A stretch of 64,000 nt of DNA, taken from assembly GCA_002104905.1 (NCBI GenBank), contig MCFE01000026.1:166791-230790 (forward strand), read 5' to 3'. The DNA comes from Basidiobolus meristosporus CBS 931.73 (lineage: Eukaryota > Fungi > Basidiobolomycota). The notes under the pieces are model-generated. The model ran no database searches and had not been told where the DNA came from. It saw nothing but the letters and a program-made list of their open reading frames with translations. Below, piece after piece: positions 13,129 through 25,966 of the stretch (positions are counted from its first letter, which is position 1; each line of letters opens with the position of its first letter). Both the position numbers and the translations under genes were made by a program.

Positions 13129-14340
13129 ATGAGTGATATCGCTGAAAGAATAGCGGTGGCCAGGAGAGAGGCTGAACAGCTGAAGGAAAGAATCAAGCAG
13201 AAAAAAGAGAGCTTGGCTGACACATCTCGTAAGTACCTGACCCATCCACAATGTCCGTAATGCTGTGACTCAATCAAAGCGAACCCCCCACCAGTGAAGG
13301 CTGTTGCCGCTGAACTGGAGCCTCTCCCAAGAATCGTTATGAAGGTGCGACGAACTTTAAAAGGGCATCTTGCCAAGATTTACGCTATGCATTGGGCGAA
13401 TGATGAGCGCCATCTAGTCTCTGCCTCCCAAGACGGAAAGCTCATCGTCTGGGACGCGTACACCACAAACAAAGTCCACGCCATCCCTCTTCGCTCCTCT
13501 TGGGTGATGACCTGTGCATACGCACCTTCGGGCAATTTCGTGGCCTGTGGTGGTTTGGATAATATTTGCTCTATTTATAATCTTAAGACAAAGGAAGGCT
13601 CAGTTAAGGTGGCCAGAGAGCTTAGCGCACACACTGGCTACCTCTCCTGTTGCAGATTTTTAAGCGACCGTCAAATCCTCACCAGCTCCGGTGACATGTC
13701 ATGTATGCTCTGGGATATCGATGCAGGCGTGAAGTTAATGGAGTTCGCAGATCACACTGGAGATGTCATGAGGTAGGGGACACCTGTAGTTTTTGACGCC
13801 ACGCCCAAGCTCTCATCTGAATTCCTCCACAGTCTATCTCTCGCGCCTGAGAAGAATATTTTTGTCTCAGGAGCTTGCGATGCCACCGCCAAGGTATGGG
13901 ACATCCGGACTGGCAAGTGCGTGCAAACATTCACCGGACACGAGTCGGACATCAATGCTGTCCAGTTCTTCCCCAACGGAGACGCCTTTGGAACTGGATC
14001 CGATGATACCACCAGTAGACTGTTTGACTTGAGAGCAGACCGCGAGCTGAATCAGTACGCACACGACAACATTCTTTGCGGTATCACATCGGTTGCTTTT
14101 TCAGTTTCGGGAAGGCTCCTTTTTGCCGGCTACGATGACTTCAACTGTAACGTGTGGGATACCATGAGAGGCGATCGCGTTGGTGTCTTATCTGCCCACG
14201 AAAATCGGGTGAGCTGCCTTGGCGTGTCTGCCGATGGAATGGCGCTATGCACTGGCAGTTGGGATAGTTTGCTCAAGGTACGTTTCTTCACCTGTCACAT
14301 ATGGGTCGCATACTAACGGGACATATAGATTTGGGCCTGA
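13129..14340 (+). CDS. Heterotrimeric G-protein beta subunit
   Basis: N-terminal coiled coil, [45 protein letters not shown]40 repeats, ending [11 protein letters not shown]. Three introns. Confidence 0.96.
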
Positions 14341-14778
14341 GTCCTCCATTAGCTTCACTTAATCTTAATACGACATGGAGAGATCGCTTCGCTAGAAATC
14401 AAGCGATCTATCCTCCAGTCTTTATAATGCATACTGGTGGAACGTTCTTGGATGTCTCCTCAGCTGCCGCCGACAGTTTTTGTTCTATTTTTATTCCAAC
14501 CTTCATTAATATCTTAACAATTCTCTTGAATTGCCCGTGGCAGCAGTAGAATGCATCCCTTATCCTTCTAATCACTGATCTTTCCACTCTTTTTGAATCT
14601 GCACTTATCCACCCGAAATCGCGTGTCTTTCACTTCTTGCTTTCTTAATAAACGACATACCAATTTACTGATCATTCCTGCCATTTGAACTGGTATTGTG
14701 ATTCGTCAACAACTATTGACGATTTCTCGTTTTTACCCGCTATAACCATTGATTGGACTTCCGCCGCAGACACCAAAC

Positions 14779-15739
14779 ATGTCGCTTTCTTTGGTGGCCC
14801 CAAGAGGCTCTCCCAGTCAGCCTGATTCGGTATCGGAAGCACTGCTAAAGATCGCCCGTCGACATCAGAAGCGAAGTATATACAGTTGCCTTCGCAACCT
14901 TCTAGAAATTCGCCATCCTGACCGATTTCCCCGTTTTCTAGTTTCTCAAGTGAAAGCACGGCTTAACAATGTGTGTATTCGTTGCGTAGTCAGAGGTGTC
15001 CCTCGTGCTTACTAATCAAACGGCCTCCCTCCAGGATGAGAATGTCCTCTCGTCCTGTCAACAGATACTGCTCTCTTTGTATTATACCACCACTTATCTG
15101 GAGAACAACAAGAACTTGAATAGGTACATGGTTGGCTTTAACCTTGGGGAAGTAGCCTGACACCTTTCTCAGAGTGGACGAGTTGCCCGGGAGCGTGTTT
15201 CACTGGCTCATCACTGTATGCTGGGGTTGCTCCGCCAGCTCGTATAGCTGTTTGTCAGAAGGATCGAAACTGGCTTTTCAAGATGAATCCAGTTGGCTTG
15301 GACTTGCCGGAAGCCGCGGGTTAACTCGTGGGAGTTTTTACGACAGAACCTGGAGCAAGGGAAGGTACTATATTCACTTGGTTCCGGAGATATGATGTGT
15401 GTACTAACGTTATGGCCATTGATCATAGAAACTACTTCGAAGGTACGGACACCATCGGCGATTCTCCCGCACAATATTCACCAGATTCTCCTTGAAGCCC
15501 ATTATATTTTTAGGCTAGCATTTGAGGAGATATTCAGCACCATTCGGAAGATGCTGAAATTCTCCACGACAGGTATGGCGATGGTTCACTTATCGATTTG
15601 ATCTATTGGGTATTCATGATCTCTCCATTGATCAGGTGCGGAGCGCTATAAACAGCAGCTTGAGTCTCTGGCGGATACACTGGTCGGGCTTGCGGCAGAG
15701 AGCGAGGCTTTGATCCAGAATTCCGGCTCAACCCGATAG
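14779..15739 (+). CDS. Hypothetical intron-rich protein of unknown function
   Basis: Several GT..AG introns with open exons (MSLSLVAPRGSP...; LAFEEIFSTIRKMLKFSTT; AERYKQQLESLADTL...STR*). The middle exons could not be resolved. Confidence 0.45.
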
Positions 15740-16105
15740 TGTTCTGGATATATCGCACTGATGTTCCTGATCTATGTATATCCCTGATAGTATAAATAAA
15801 TCCTTACGATGCTTCCCACAGCTCTCATTTGTACCGTGACACAGCCGGAAGGGTTTTTTGCTTAGCTTGTGTTAGCACGGAGGTTGCATATCTCACGAGA
15901 GAGTATCCGTCGAATAGTTCGCACATTCTCACATGCGAGTGAAGCACCGTGCAATGGCTTCAGGTTTGACAAATTTGCTATCGCCCCAAGTGCGCATTAT
16001 CTTGGAGGTTTGTTCGACTTTGATCAGGTGCGCAACAGTTCATCACGTTTCGTGGGGATGCAATGTTGCCTAGCCGTGGTAAAGGTGGGTGCACCAGCTT
16101 CAGTC

Positions 16106-16176
16106 ACTTCTACCAAAGTGAATCACTATAATTGACGGCATACTTCTACCAACTGAATCACTATAATTGACGGCAT
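16106..16176. repeat. Tandem duplication, 36/35-bp unit x2
   Basis: ACTTCTACCAA(AG/C)TGAATCACTATAATTGACGGCAT occurs twice in tandem. Confidence 0.9.
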
Positions 16177-16366
16177 CAATGCTCATAATTGTTCATCTCG
16201 CTAATTTGAGTCACTGTTCTTTCCCAAAGCAAACTCTATTCGAAACCAAATCCATGCTATTGGTGGCATCCCATTTTAGCCGAGCTATTTTGTGTTTCCT
16301 AAAGCATCCAGGTGACGTCCATCCCCTTCTTTCATGTATAAAACCGGTCATCCCGCGCAGGTTTGG

Positions 16367-16434
16367 CAAGCATTTGCTTAGTTAGCATAGCAGCCTCCCT
16401 CAAGCATTTGCTTAGTTAGCATAACAGCTTCCCT
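16367..16434. repeat. Tandem duplication, 34-bp unit x2, just upstream of the GPCR ATG
   Basis: CAAGCATTTGCTTAGTTAGCATA(G/A)CAGC(C/T)TCCCT occurs twice in tandem. Confidence 0.9.
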
Positions 16435-16442
16435 CCATTGCT

Positions 16443-17681
16443 ATGCCTTCAGGAGATGTGATATCTGATATCTCTTCTGATCAATTGCGGGTGAAATCCC
16501 TCGTATCGGAAGTGATGAGTATTCTATCGTTAATAGGCGCATGCTTTATCGTGTTCACCATTCTGTTCATGAAGATCCGAAAGCCGCATATTGCCAACCG
16601 TGTCTCCATCGGGCTGACAATGTGGAAGGCGGTCGCTGATATATTTTACAGCATCGTGTACCTTATATCCCAGGGCTCGGTGGTAAATCTGGCGACGTGT
16701 CGGTTTGTCCTCTGGGGATATGTGGAGTTCACCCTACTCTCAATCTTTCTGACCTGCGCGATTGCTTTCAACCTTCAGGCGATTTTCGTCAATGAGCTCA
16801 GCACGATCATTTACGTGCAACGCTTCTACTTTCCGTTTACATTGGCCCTCTCGTTGATCATCAGCCTGATTCCTCTGATTTCTGGTCAATTCGCGTATGA
16901 CCCTCTGGTTGGTAACTGTTGGTATCGCGAACAATATTCCACGTCCACAATGATTTGGGAGATGTCGACATTCTACGGATGGATATTTCTCGGGATTGTG
17001 TACTGCTCCGTGGCCGTTGCCCTGGTCACCATCCGGCTGATTAGGAACGAGAGGGAAATGCAAAGAAACATCTCCCCCAGAGCAACCAAGATTCGTCGGA
17101 ACATTAACAAAGTTGTGACCCGAATCATTCTCTATCCAGTCATCCCGATTGTAGCTCAGAGTTTCAATTTTATCACCGAGCTAGTGACATTCTACACCCG
17201 GCGCCTCACCTTTACATTGTACTTTTTGTCGGCCGCTGGGCCCGCAAGCATTGGCTTTCTGAATTTTCTAGTGTTCTTGTTCGACCCGGCGTTTCAAAAG
17301 CTGGTCAGGGAGCTGCGGAACGCCGAATCCTCTTCCACGCAGTCCTCCAACCACCATGAAATAGGGGCAAAGACTGGGCTAGCCTTTGAATCGCTATATT
17401 ATCTTTCTGAAGACGGGAATTTCTCAGCAAGCGACAACCACAGCAAGCAACAGCACAGCGAGCATATTAAGCTCCATCGCATAGACGGTACCCATCAGTG
17501 CCAGAACATGGTGGTTTTAGAGAGTGACTCCATCCCATCAGCGCATACAAACCCCGACCGTAACAGCTCGGTAGAGCTGATTCTAAACTCAGGGTTAAAT
17601 CCCACAACACGGCCCAATAACCCCTCTCCCTACCAAAATCCAGAGGCGGGCATGAAGTCGAACATTGTCAGGTATATGTAA
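16443..17681 (+). CDS. Intronless 7-TM G-protein-coupled receptor (cAMP-receptor/Git3-like)
   Basis: 412-aa ORF with seven hydrophobic segments, Cys before TM3 (TCRF), CWY in ECL2, YPVIP in TM6, GFLNFLVFLFDP in TM7, and a hydrophilic tail. Confidence 0.8.
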   Translation: MPSGDVISDISSDQLRVKSLVSEVMSILSLIGACFIVFTILFMKIRKPHIANRVSIGLTMWKAVADIFYSIVYLISQGSVVNLATCRFVLWGYVEFTLLSIFLTCAIAFNLQAIFVNELSTIIYVQRFYFPFTLALSLIISLIPLISGQFAYDPLVGNCWYREQYSTSTMIWEMSTFYGWIFLGIVYCSVAVALVTIRLIRNEREMQRNISPRATKIRRNINKVVTRIILYPVIPIVAQSFNFITELVTFYTRRLTFTLYFLSAAGPASIGFLNFLVFLFDPAFQKLVRELRNAESSSTQSSNHHEIGAKTGLAFESLYYLSEDGNFSASDNHSKQQHSEHIKLHRIDGTHQCQNMVVLESDSIPSAHTNPDRNSSVELILNSGLNPTTRPNNPSPYQNPEAGMKSNIVRYM

Positions 17682-17847
17682 GAATAGCATTCATGCGACT
17701 TCGACAATACCTCGGAAGATTCTGTATATAACCCCAGCATATGCGATATATTTATTTACTAATTCTAATTGCGCGAGATAAACAAGATTTCCCTGATTTT
17801 ACGGCTCTGATGACTTTCCTCAACATGGCTTGGTTATCCTGAATGCT

Positions 17848-19013
17848 TCATCGCACTAGGCTTAACGGGATCCTCGCATCACCATCACCCGGTTCCTTTA
17901 GATTCCCACTACCATCATCCTATATTCCTGTTAGTCACCTAAATTCATGTACCGAAGTCGAAAGATGGTTACTGACTTGTTGCTCGATATCACTATATTA
18001 TAAACGGCATAAATGGGTACAAAGCCAACGCGTCACGGGTAACGCCAAGGATTATATAAATAAATTCTATACTTCCATTGTCCAAATATAGGATTTCTTG
18101 ATTTGTACCTTTGGCGTGACGATGAAAGACACTGCTGGACACTGCTGGATGATCTCACCAAGTGTGGTAAAAGCTGGAGTTGGAAATGGATCAGGCAGTG
18201 CATTGATGGACAGCACTCCTTTCAACTTTCGAACTTATCAACCTCCATCTCACCCTCTATCTCCTATCCTAGTATGGGTTTGATACTAACCTCAGCTGGA
18301 TATGTCAAATGATCTATGCTTTCAATGTCGGTTCCCGCCTCGATGCCATGATGCTCATCCGCTGCCACGAATATGTGGGAGCAAACATCATCTTTTTTCG
18401 GGGAAAGCTATTTGCCATGAGAAGAGTAATACAAGTATTGAGAAACATATGACGCGCGGGAATCCAAGACCAATATGTGATTTGTCTCACAAACCAATCC
18501 AGCCTATCAAGCATGCTTTGCTCAAGGTGGAGAAAGCCATAGGGTAGCCAATGTGATGAAACCGGAAGAAAATCCAGTAATCCGGCATATTGAATCCGCA
18601 CCGTTGTGTAGAACTCGTGCCATCAAATTGCTCGTTTTGGTCTTATAGACATGTGTGAATAACCGTTGATGTGGCGCGAGGTAGTTGTACGATTTCTAGC
18701 AAGACTTGCCCCTGAGATGGTATCGTGGCAACTAATTCTCCAGGCCGAAGTTGGCACTCATGGTACTGTAAGTCCGTGATAAGGTTTAACCTTACCAACT
18801 GGTAGTCGAGGTTCAGGAAAATCTGCTCCCCATTGCATAACCAGTGATAAAACCTTCAGTTACACAGACGTCCAACATTTCTTCAATAAGTAGTCACCAT
18901 CGTGAAATCAAACCAATTGTCAATCGCGATTTTTTCGTCATTATGGAATGGGTGCATATCTTGGACAACCATTCGTCATCGGGTACACTTATCCACAGGT
19001 TGGATAACGACAT
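17848..19013 (-). CDS. Hypothetical intron-rich protein of unknown function
   Basis: Canonical introns (e.g. GTACAT..GACTAAC..TATAG before the last exon DDGSGNLKEPG...VR*) and open exon frames (LSPKKDDVCSHIFVAADEHHG...). The full model is uncertain. Confidence 0.4.
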
Positions 19014-19195
19014 TTCCAGGATTTTTTTTGAAATACTGGTATTTATGAATTAGGTGAGAGTTTCCTACTGATAATTATTTTCATGAACTAGGAAGCACCT
19101 ATGATCCTATCTCACCTGAAAAAAGTTACTATAAAGGCTCCAACATTGGTCCGAGGAACACACACCGGACCCAAGTTTTCCTACTTCTCGGATAC

Positions 19196-20674
19196 ATGAA
19201 GTCTTCCCTTCTGCTTGCCGCTCTTCTGCCTCTCGCCTGGGGCTATAACTACAAGGCAATTCCTGCTTTCCGGAGATCAAGCGATGTCTTGGAACAACCC
19301 GCTCAAGTACTTCTCGCTCGAGAAGCCCAAAGTACTAGCAACCAAACCCTCCGTGTCAAGAACCCAACCATTTGTGATTCCAGCGTAAAGCAGGTATTGT
19401 TCAGAAAAATCCCGCCGATTTGGTTCAGTTAATTGATTGTCGATTTAAAGTATGCTGGCTATCTTGATATCGCTTCGAACAAACATCTTTTCTACTGGTT
19501 CTTTGAGTCCCGGAATAAGCCGGAAACTGATCCTGTCGTCCTCTGGTTAAACGGCGGCCCTGGGTGTAGTTCTTTCACCGGAATCCTGATGGAATTGGGC
19601 CCGTGCCGAGTTAGAGCCGATGGTTCTGGAGTAGACCACAATCCCTATTCATGGAACAGCAATGCCAATGTGATTTTCTTGGATCAACCTACCAATGTAG
19701 GTTTCTCTTGGGGTGCGAATGTCTCGACCACCGTTCAAAGTGGTGCGGACGTCGATGCTTTCCTCCGTCTCTTCTTCAAAGAATACCCTCAATATGCCAA
19801 GCATGATTTCCACATCTTTGGCGAATCTTACGGTGGACACTATATCCCAGAAATCGCCAAAGACGTGGTGTTGAACAACGAGAAGTCCAAGCAAAAGATC
19901 AATCTGAAGAGCGTTGGTATAGGTAATGGCTGGATAGACCCTCGCCTTCAAGAGAAATACTATGCTCCTCAAGCATGTGATGGCCCATATGGGGCAGTGC
20001 TCAGCAAGAGTGTTTGCCAAAAAATGTACGCAGCCTATCCTCAATGCTACAAGTTGGCCACAAAGTGCTACAAGGACCCTACTTTCCAGAAGTGCAATGA
20101 TGCCACCAACTACTGCAGTGAGTATATTGAAAACCCATACTACGATTCCGGCTTAAATCCCTACGACGTGCGCAAGAAATGCGATCCGAACAGTTCACTT
20201 TGCTACGATATCGAGGCTGGTATCGATATATGGTTAAACCGACCTGAAATCAGAAGTGAACTAGGTGTGGCTAAGCAAGTTGGGAAATTCGAATCATGCA
20301 GCAATGCTGTAGGAGAGAACTTCTCGAAGACACCAGATAATATGTTGAATTTCGCTGACCGCTTACCTATTCTTCTCAATGCCGGTGTTCGTGTCTTACT
20401 CTATGCTGGTGACGCTGATTTCATCTGCAATTGGATGGGGAATAAGGCTGTGGCATTGGATATTGAGTGGTCTGGCAAGAAACGCTTCAATAAGGCCAAA
20501 GATATTTCTTGGAAAGTCAATGGAACCGACGCTGGAGAAGTCAGGGCCTATGACAAATTAACTTATCTTCGAGTCTTCAAGGCAGGTCATATGGTTCCAT
20601 TTGACCAACCAGAAGCTGGCCTAAGCATGCTAAATACTTGGCTCAGCAATGAATCATTCTCCAAGCATCGCTGA
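19196..20674 (+). CDS. Secreted serine carboxypeptidase, S10 family (carboxypeptidase Y-like)
   Basis: Signal peptide, one intron after DSSVKQ, YWFFESRN, WLNGGPGCSS, catalytic GESYGG, GDADFICN and AGHMVP. Confidence 0.95.
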
Positions 20675-20981
20675 ATCGATTGATTTATTTCCAGAAATTT
20701 TGACATCATGAGTTCAACAATAAACGAATACCCAACATTAGAAAAACTACTAATTGGATTCCGTGTCTTTAACAAATAATGAACGCGTAGTGGATTCCTC
20801 GTATTAAATATTGAAGCTATGTAGCACTTTGATTACTCAATCTTCTCCAACAAGTAAATAAGAGAGATTTCCAAGTATGACATAAGAGAGATGACTGTAT
20901 TTATGTTCAAGTTTTGACTTGTATACTTCCGTTGTGGTGACACCAATTCAGAGTCCTGTTCAGGTTTTAGATGCGAGACAC

Positions 20982-21524
20982 CTAGATGTTTGCTTGCCAA
21001 ATGGCCAATACAACTATCAAGGAGCCGAATGTAGTGCTGTAGTGCAAATGGTCCGCGGCATTAGGAATGACTGTTGGTGCAGGGTTATTAGCTATGTTGG
21101 TACTCTGTGACACAGCTGGGCTCACGCTAGGTTTGGCAACAGGTGATACACCTGTGCTGGCTGATGCTGGAGCTGAAGTGATTGCTGAGGATGGAAGCGA
21201 TGCTGACCCAATGCTGGACCTGACACTGGACGGACTTGCTGAACTGATGACACCACTGCTTGAGATGCCAGTGCCAACCGGGCCAACTCCTGATGATCTT
21301 GGTAGCTGGCTTCCACTTGCACTTACTGGGGACTTTGGTCTTCCAGATGAGGCAGGTGGACCGTGAGTCCCACTAGGCACAGAGTGAGGGGACCCGATGA
21401 CGGTGCTTGAGGATGGAAAATCATCGGAGGTAGGGTCATCGAATGTCTGAGCTTGTGAGATTGAAGCGGCCAATGCTACAATGAGCAACACACTGAGCAC
21501 TGAGAGTCTGTAGTTCATTTTCAT
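20982..21524 (-). CDS. Ser/Pro/Thr-rich GPI-anchored surface protein, copy A (180 aa)
   Basis: Signal peptide MKMNYRLSVLSVLLIVALAASISQA, QTFDDPTSDD motif, Cys-free S/P/T stalk, PNAA omega region and hydrophobic tail. TATATAA at 21606-21612. Confidence 0.85.
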   Translation of the reverse strand: MKMNYRLSVLSVLLIVALAASISQAQTFDDPTSDDFPSSSTVIGSPHSVPSGTHGPPASSGRPKSPVSASGSQLPRSSGVGPVGTGISSSGVISSASPSSVRSSIGSASLPSSAITSAPASASTGVSPVAKPSVSPAVSQSTNIANNPAPTVIPNAADHLHYSTTFGSLIVVLAIWQANI

Positions 21525-22273
21525 GCTGGTGGATGCAAGAATGGCAGAATGAGAGAGATGAGAATGGAGGATGATTGTTGAGTAGCCAGGAATACATCCC
21601 AGCACTTATATACCCCTGGGCAATGACTGCCAAGTAACATTCGAGTAGGCTAAGTCTGATAGCCTGGAAATGGTAATTGGGCTGACGTGAATCAAATGCT
21701 CCTGATGAGGGTAGAATTACCCTAGGTTCCGTTGGTCTGATACCTCCAAACACTCAACAATGTTGATATTCTCACTTCTTGGCGGTTGAGATTTAACTCA
21801 TTTGTGTCAGCACCATCTATTATACGCCCTCTCAGAGCACAAGTGAACTAGATGCGTGGTAGGTATGGGGCCCAACAATCGTAAAAAAGATGTTTCGTAG
21901 GAGAAACATAGTATCAAGCTGTTTCCATCCATTACAGAGCCCATATTCCGGAATCAATGGGAGCCAAAGTGTACTGACATTTTGCTAATATTGTGCTGAT
22001 GTAAGTCTAAGGCTTTAATCAGGTATTGCAATGCTTGAAAAATAGTCAGTGAGATTATTAGAGAACCAAGTAAGCCGATCCTGTAGTGTAAACTCTCAAG
22101 CACTGGGAATGATTGTTTGTGTAGGGATATCGGCAGAACTAGACTCACCCAAGGCTTGGCAATCTCATCTCAAGGACTTACGTGAATGAGTTGAACCGTG
22201 ACATAACTTTATTTAGGTTTAATATATACTACTTTAATCGACGGGTTTGCTCATGAGTTATTTTGTGATGTGT

Positions 22274-22816
22274 CTAGATATAGGCTTGCAAAATGGCCAA
22301 TACAACTATCAAGGAGCCGAACGTAGTGCCATAGTGCAAATGGTCCCCGGCACTAGGAATGACTGTTGGCGCAGGGTTGTTAGCTACGCTGGTGCTCTGT
22401 GACACAGCTGGGCTCACGCTAGGTTTGGCAACAGGTGATACACCTGTGCTGGCTGATGCTGGAGCTGAAGTGATTGCTGAGGATGGAAACGATGCTGACC
22501 CAATGCTGGACCTGACACTGGACGGACTTGCTGAACTGATGACACCACTGCTTGGGATGCCAGTGCCAACCGGGCCAACTCCTGATGATCTTGGTGGCTG
22601 GCTTCCACTTGCACTCACTGGGGACTTTGGTCTTCCGGATGAGGCAGGTGGACCGTGAGTCCCACTAGGCACAGAGTGAGGGGACCCGATGACGGTGCTT
22701 GAGGATGGCAAATCATCGGAGGTAGGGTCATCGAATGTCTGAGCTTGTGAGATTGAAGCGGCCAATGCTACAATGAGCAACGCACTGAGCACTGAGAGTC
22801 TGTAGTTCATTTTCAT
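22274..22816 (-). CDS. GPI-anchored surface protein, copy B (180 aa)
   Basis: Near-identical to copy A; tail GDHLHYGTTFGSLIVVLAILQAYI. Confidence 0.85.
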   Translation of the reverse strand: MKMNYRLSVLSALLIVALAASISQAQTFDDPTSDDLPSSSTVIGSPHSVPSGTHGPPASSGRPKSPVSASGSQPPRSSGVGPVGTGIPSSGVISSASPSSVRSSIGSASFPSSAITSAPASASTGVSPVAKPSVSPAVSQSTSVANNPAPTVIPSAGDHLHYGTTFGSLIVVLAILQAYI

Positions 22817-23548
22817 GCTGGTGGATGCAGGAATGGCAGAATGAGAGAGATGAGAATGGAGGATGATTGTTGAGTAGTCAGGAATATATCCCAGCACTTA
22901 TATACTCTTGCGTAGTGACTGCCAAGTAACATCCGAGTAGGCTAAGCTATGTAACATGGAAATAGTGATTGGGCTGAAGTGACTCGATCACTGCTGATGA
23001 GCGTGAAATGATACTTGTTTCCACTGGTCTGATGCCTTTCAACTCTCTAAAGTATTGCTTTTTAGCTTCCTGGCTATTGATACTTAGCCTTGGTGTTTAT
23101 ATCAGTGTCAGTGCCATCCATTAGGAGCTTTGTATCAACTGCTACTTAATCGTTCCGCTACTGCGACACACTATAAAGGCCTGGTACCAAACTTTCAACT
23201 CGAATGTGCTGGCCATGCAATTGGGGGGAGATGACTCATATTACTGTCGTAATTACAGCTCAAACGAAGGCTGAAAACGTATGGGCTAATACACCATTTC
23301 TAGAAAATGTTTTCATCCGAATCGTTCTGTGCAAACGTGATTACTAGGTGGAAAAAGATTTCAAGGCACGATTTACTAATGTTGGACTACTGTCCTCATC
23401 TAGCAAATATAGTCCCTCACTGGGAGTAGGTATAAAGAAAAGTGGGTTGACTTTATTGAGATTAATGTTGCGGCATAAACTGAATATTCCCACACTTTTT
23501 GGAGATGATGCCAAGGGTGCGTTGCTCAGATATTACAATATGGGATGT

Positions 23549-24094
23549 CTAGACGTAGGCTTGCCATATGGGCAATACAAACATGAAAGTGCCTAGTATG
23601 CCAATACTGAAGTACAAACGGTCCCCGGCATTAGGAATGACTGTTGGTGCAGGGTTGTTAGCTACGCTGGTGCTCTGTGACACAGCTGGGCTCACGCTAG
23701 GTTTGGCAACAGGTGATACACCTGTGCTGGCTGATGCTGGAGCTGAAGTGATTGCTGAGGATGGAAACGATGCTGACCCAATGCTGGACCTGACACTGGA
23801 CGGACTTGCTGAACTGATGACACCACTGCTTGGGATGCCAGTGCCAACCGGGCCAACTCCTGATGATCTTGGTGGCTGGCTTCCACTTGCACTCACTGGG
23901 GACTTTGGTCTTCCGGATGAGGCAGGTGGACCGTGAGTCCCACTAGGCACAGAGTGAGGGGACCCGATGACGGTGCTTGAGGATGGCAAATCATCGGAGG
24001 TAGGGTCATCGAATGTCTGAGCTTGTGAGATTGAAGCGGCCAATGCTACAATGAGCAACGCACTGAGCACTGAGAGTCTGTAGTTCATTTTCAT
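23549..24094 (-). CDS. GPI-anchored surface protein, copy C (181 aa)
   Basis: Near-identical body; tail GDRLYFSIGILGTFMFVLPIWQAYV. Confidence 0.85.
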   Translation of the reverse strand: MKMNYRLSVLSALLIVALAASISQAQTFDDPTSDDLPSSSTVIGSPHSVPSGTHGPPASSGRPKSPVSASGSQPPRSSGVGPVGTGIPSSGVISSASPSSVRSSIGSASFPSSAITSAPASASTGVSPVAKPSVSPAVSQSTSVANNPAPTVIPNAGDRLYFSIGILGTFMFVLPIWQAYV

Positions 24095-24722
24095 GCTGGT
24101 GGATGCAGGAATGGCAGAATGAGAGAGACGAGAATGGAGGTGATTGTTGAGTAGTCAGGAATACATCCCAGCACTTATATACTCTTGCGTAGTGGCTGCC
24201 AAGTAACATCCGAGTAGGCTAAGCTATGTAACATGGAAATAGTGATTGGGCTGAAGTGAGTCGATTACTCCTAATGAGGGTAGAATTGCCCTAGGTTCCA
24301 CTGATCTGATACCTCCAAACACTCGGCAATGTTGGCATTCTACTTCTTGATATTTGATATATAGCTTTGGCGATCTGATCTGAGTCTGTGCTATATGAAG
24401 CGTGCTCTCCGGAAGCTCGACATTAATTTCAAGTGCGTAGCTTATCATTTTTCTCTTGCAATTGCAACCCAGACAATGACTAAAGATATGTAAGTATTTA
24501 TTCCTCTGATATCCAACATTCACAAGACGATGATATCCTAGGGGTAGAACATGATGGCGAGCTCGGCTTATATTTATCGCTGGTGCCTTATTTTGGAAGC
24601 ACGAAATCGCGTCCGAAGGACTTCCAAGAAGTTCAACTCTGACATAGCTTTATTTAGATTTAATACATCTGTAAAGAACACGACAATCGACATGTTTGCT
24701 AGGAAATTACAATGTGATGAGT

Positions 24723-25268
24723 CTAAATGTTGGCTTGCCACATGGCCAATACAAACATGAAAGTGCCTAGTATGCCAGTACTGAAGTACAAACGGTCCCC
24801 GGCATTAGGAATGACTGTTGGTGCAGGGTTGTTAGCTACGCTGGTGCTCTGTGACACAGCTGGGCTCACGCTAGGTTTGGCAACAGGTGATACACCTGTG
24901 CTGGCTGATGCTGGAGCTGAAGTGATTGCTGAGGATGGAAGCGATGCTGACCCAATGCTGGACCTGACACTGGACGGACTTGCTGAACTGATGACACCAC
25001 TGCTTGGGATGCCAGTGCCAACCGGGCCAATTCCTGATGATCTTGGTGGCTGGCTTCCACTTGCACTTACTGGGGACTTTGGTCTTCCAGATGAGGCAGG
25101 TGGACCGTGAGTCCCACTAGGCACAGAGTGAGGGGACCCGATGACGGTGCTTGAGGATGGCAAATCATCGGAGGTAGGGTCATCAAATGTCTGAGCTTGT
25201 GAGATTGAAGCGGCCAATGCTACAATGAGCAACGCACTGAGCACTGAGAGTCTGTAGTTCATTTTCAT
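24723..25268 (-). CDS. GPI-anchored surface protein, copy D (181 aa)
   Basis: Near-identical body; tail GDRLYFSTGILGTFMFVLAMWQANI. Confidence 0.85.
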   Translation of the reverse strand: MKMNYRLSVLSALLIVALAASISQAQTFDDPTSDDLPSSSTVIGSPHSVPSGTHGPPASSGRPKSPVSASGSQPPRSSGIGPVGTGIPSSGVISSASPSSVRSSIGSASLPSSAITSAPASASTGVSPVAKPSVSPAVSQSTSVANNPAPTVIPNAGDRLYFSTGILGTFMFVLAMWQANI

Positions 25269-25966
25269 GCTGGTGGATGCAAGAATGGCAGAATGAGAGA
25301 GATGAGAATGGAGGATGATTGTTGAGTAGTCAGGAATACATCCCAGCACTTATATACTCCGGAGCAGTGACTGCCAAGTAACATCCGAGTAGGCTAAGTC
25401 TGATAGCCTGGAAATGGTAATTGGGCTGAAGTGAGTCGATTACTCCTGATGAGGGTAGAATTGCCTTAGGTTCCACTGGTCTGATACCTCGAAACACTCA
25501 ACAATGTTGGCATCTTGGTGGCCAATCTTTAGTTTTTGTATTCGTATATATGCCAGTATCATCTGATACACGCTCTTAAGGAGCTTGGCATCGCTCTCGC
25601 TCAAAGCGGTGCTGCCACAAATAATCCAGATCCGAATGGAGGGAATGATGATACAATGTTGAGCAAGTTGGGGAATAATCTCAAAGGATGCTTAACGGCA
25701 AAGATGTAAAATGTATATATTTGTGTGTACACCAAAGTTTACATGGAGTAGGGGATATGAGATGTATAAACAAGAAGTTGAAAATCAATCTATAAATGAC
25801 GAAGATCATAGATGAATTCAGGCACGTAGAGTTCTGCAGAGCTAAGAAGGCCCAAAAAATAATTACAAGAAATATTCAAGGGGAGCTGGTCATCCTCAGA
25901 CATAAAACCTAGAAGAATTCTCGGTTAGCAAATACTAGGAAGAACATGAATGGTGGGGGTGTTCAC

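Noticed and set aside
21525-21605. N-terminal extensions MLGCIP... of the GPI ORFs in the ORF track
   Set aside because: They begin at a non-ATG codon immediately after the TATA box and would bury the signal peptide; the real start is MKMNY.
21067-25110. Repeated plus-strand ORFs MTVGAGLL... and minus-strand MQVEAS...
   Set aside because: Antisense or alternate-frame shadows of the GPI genes; they recur only because the genes are duplicated.
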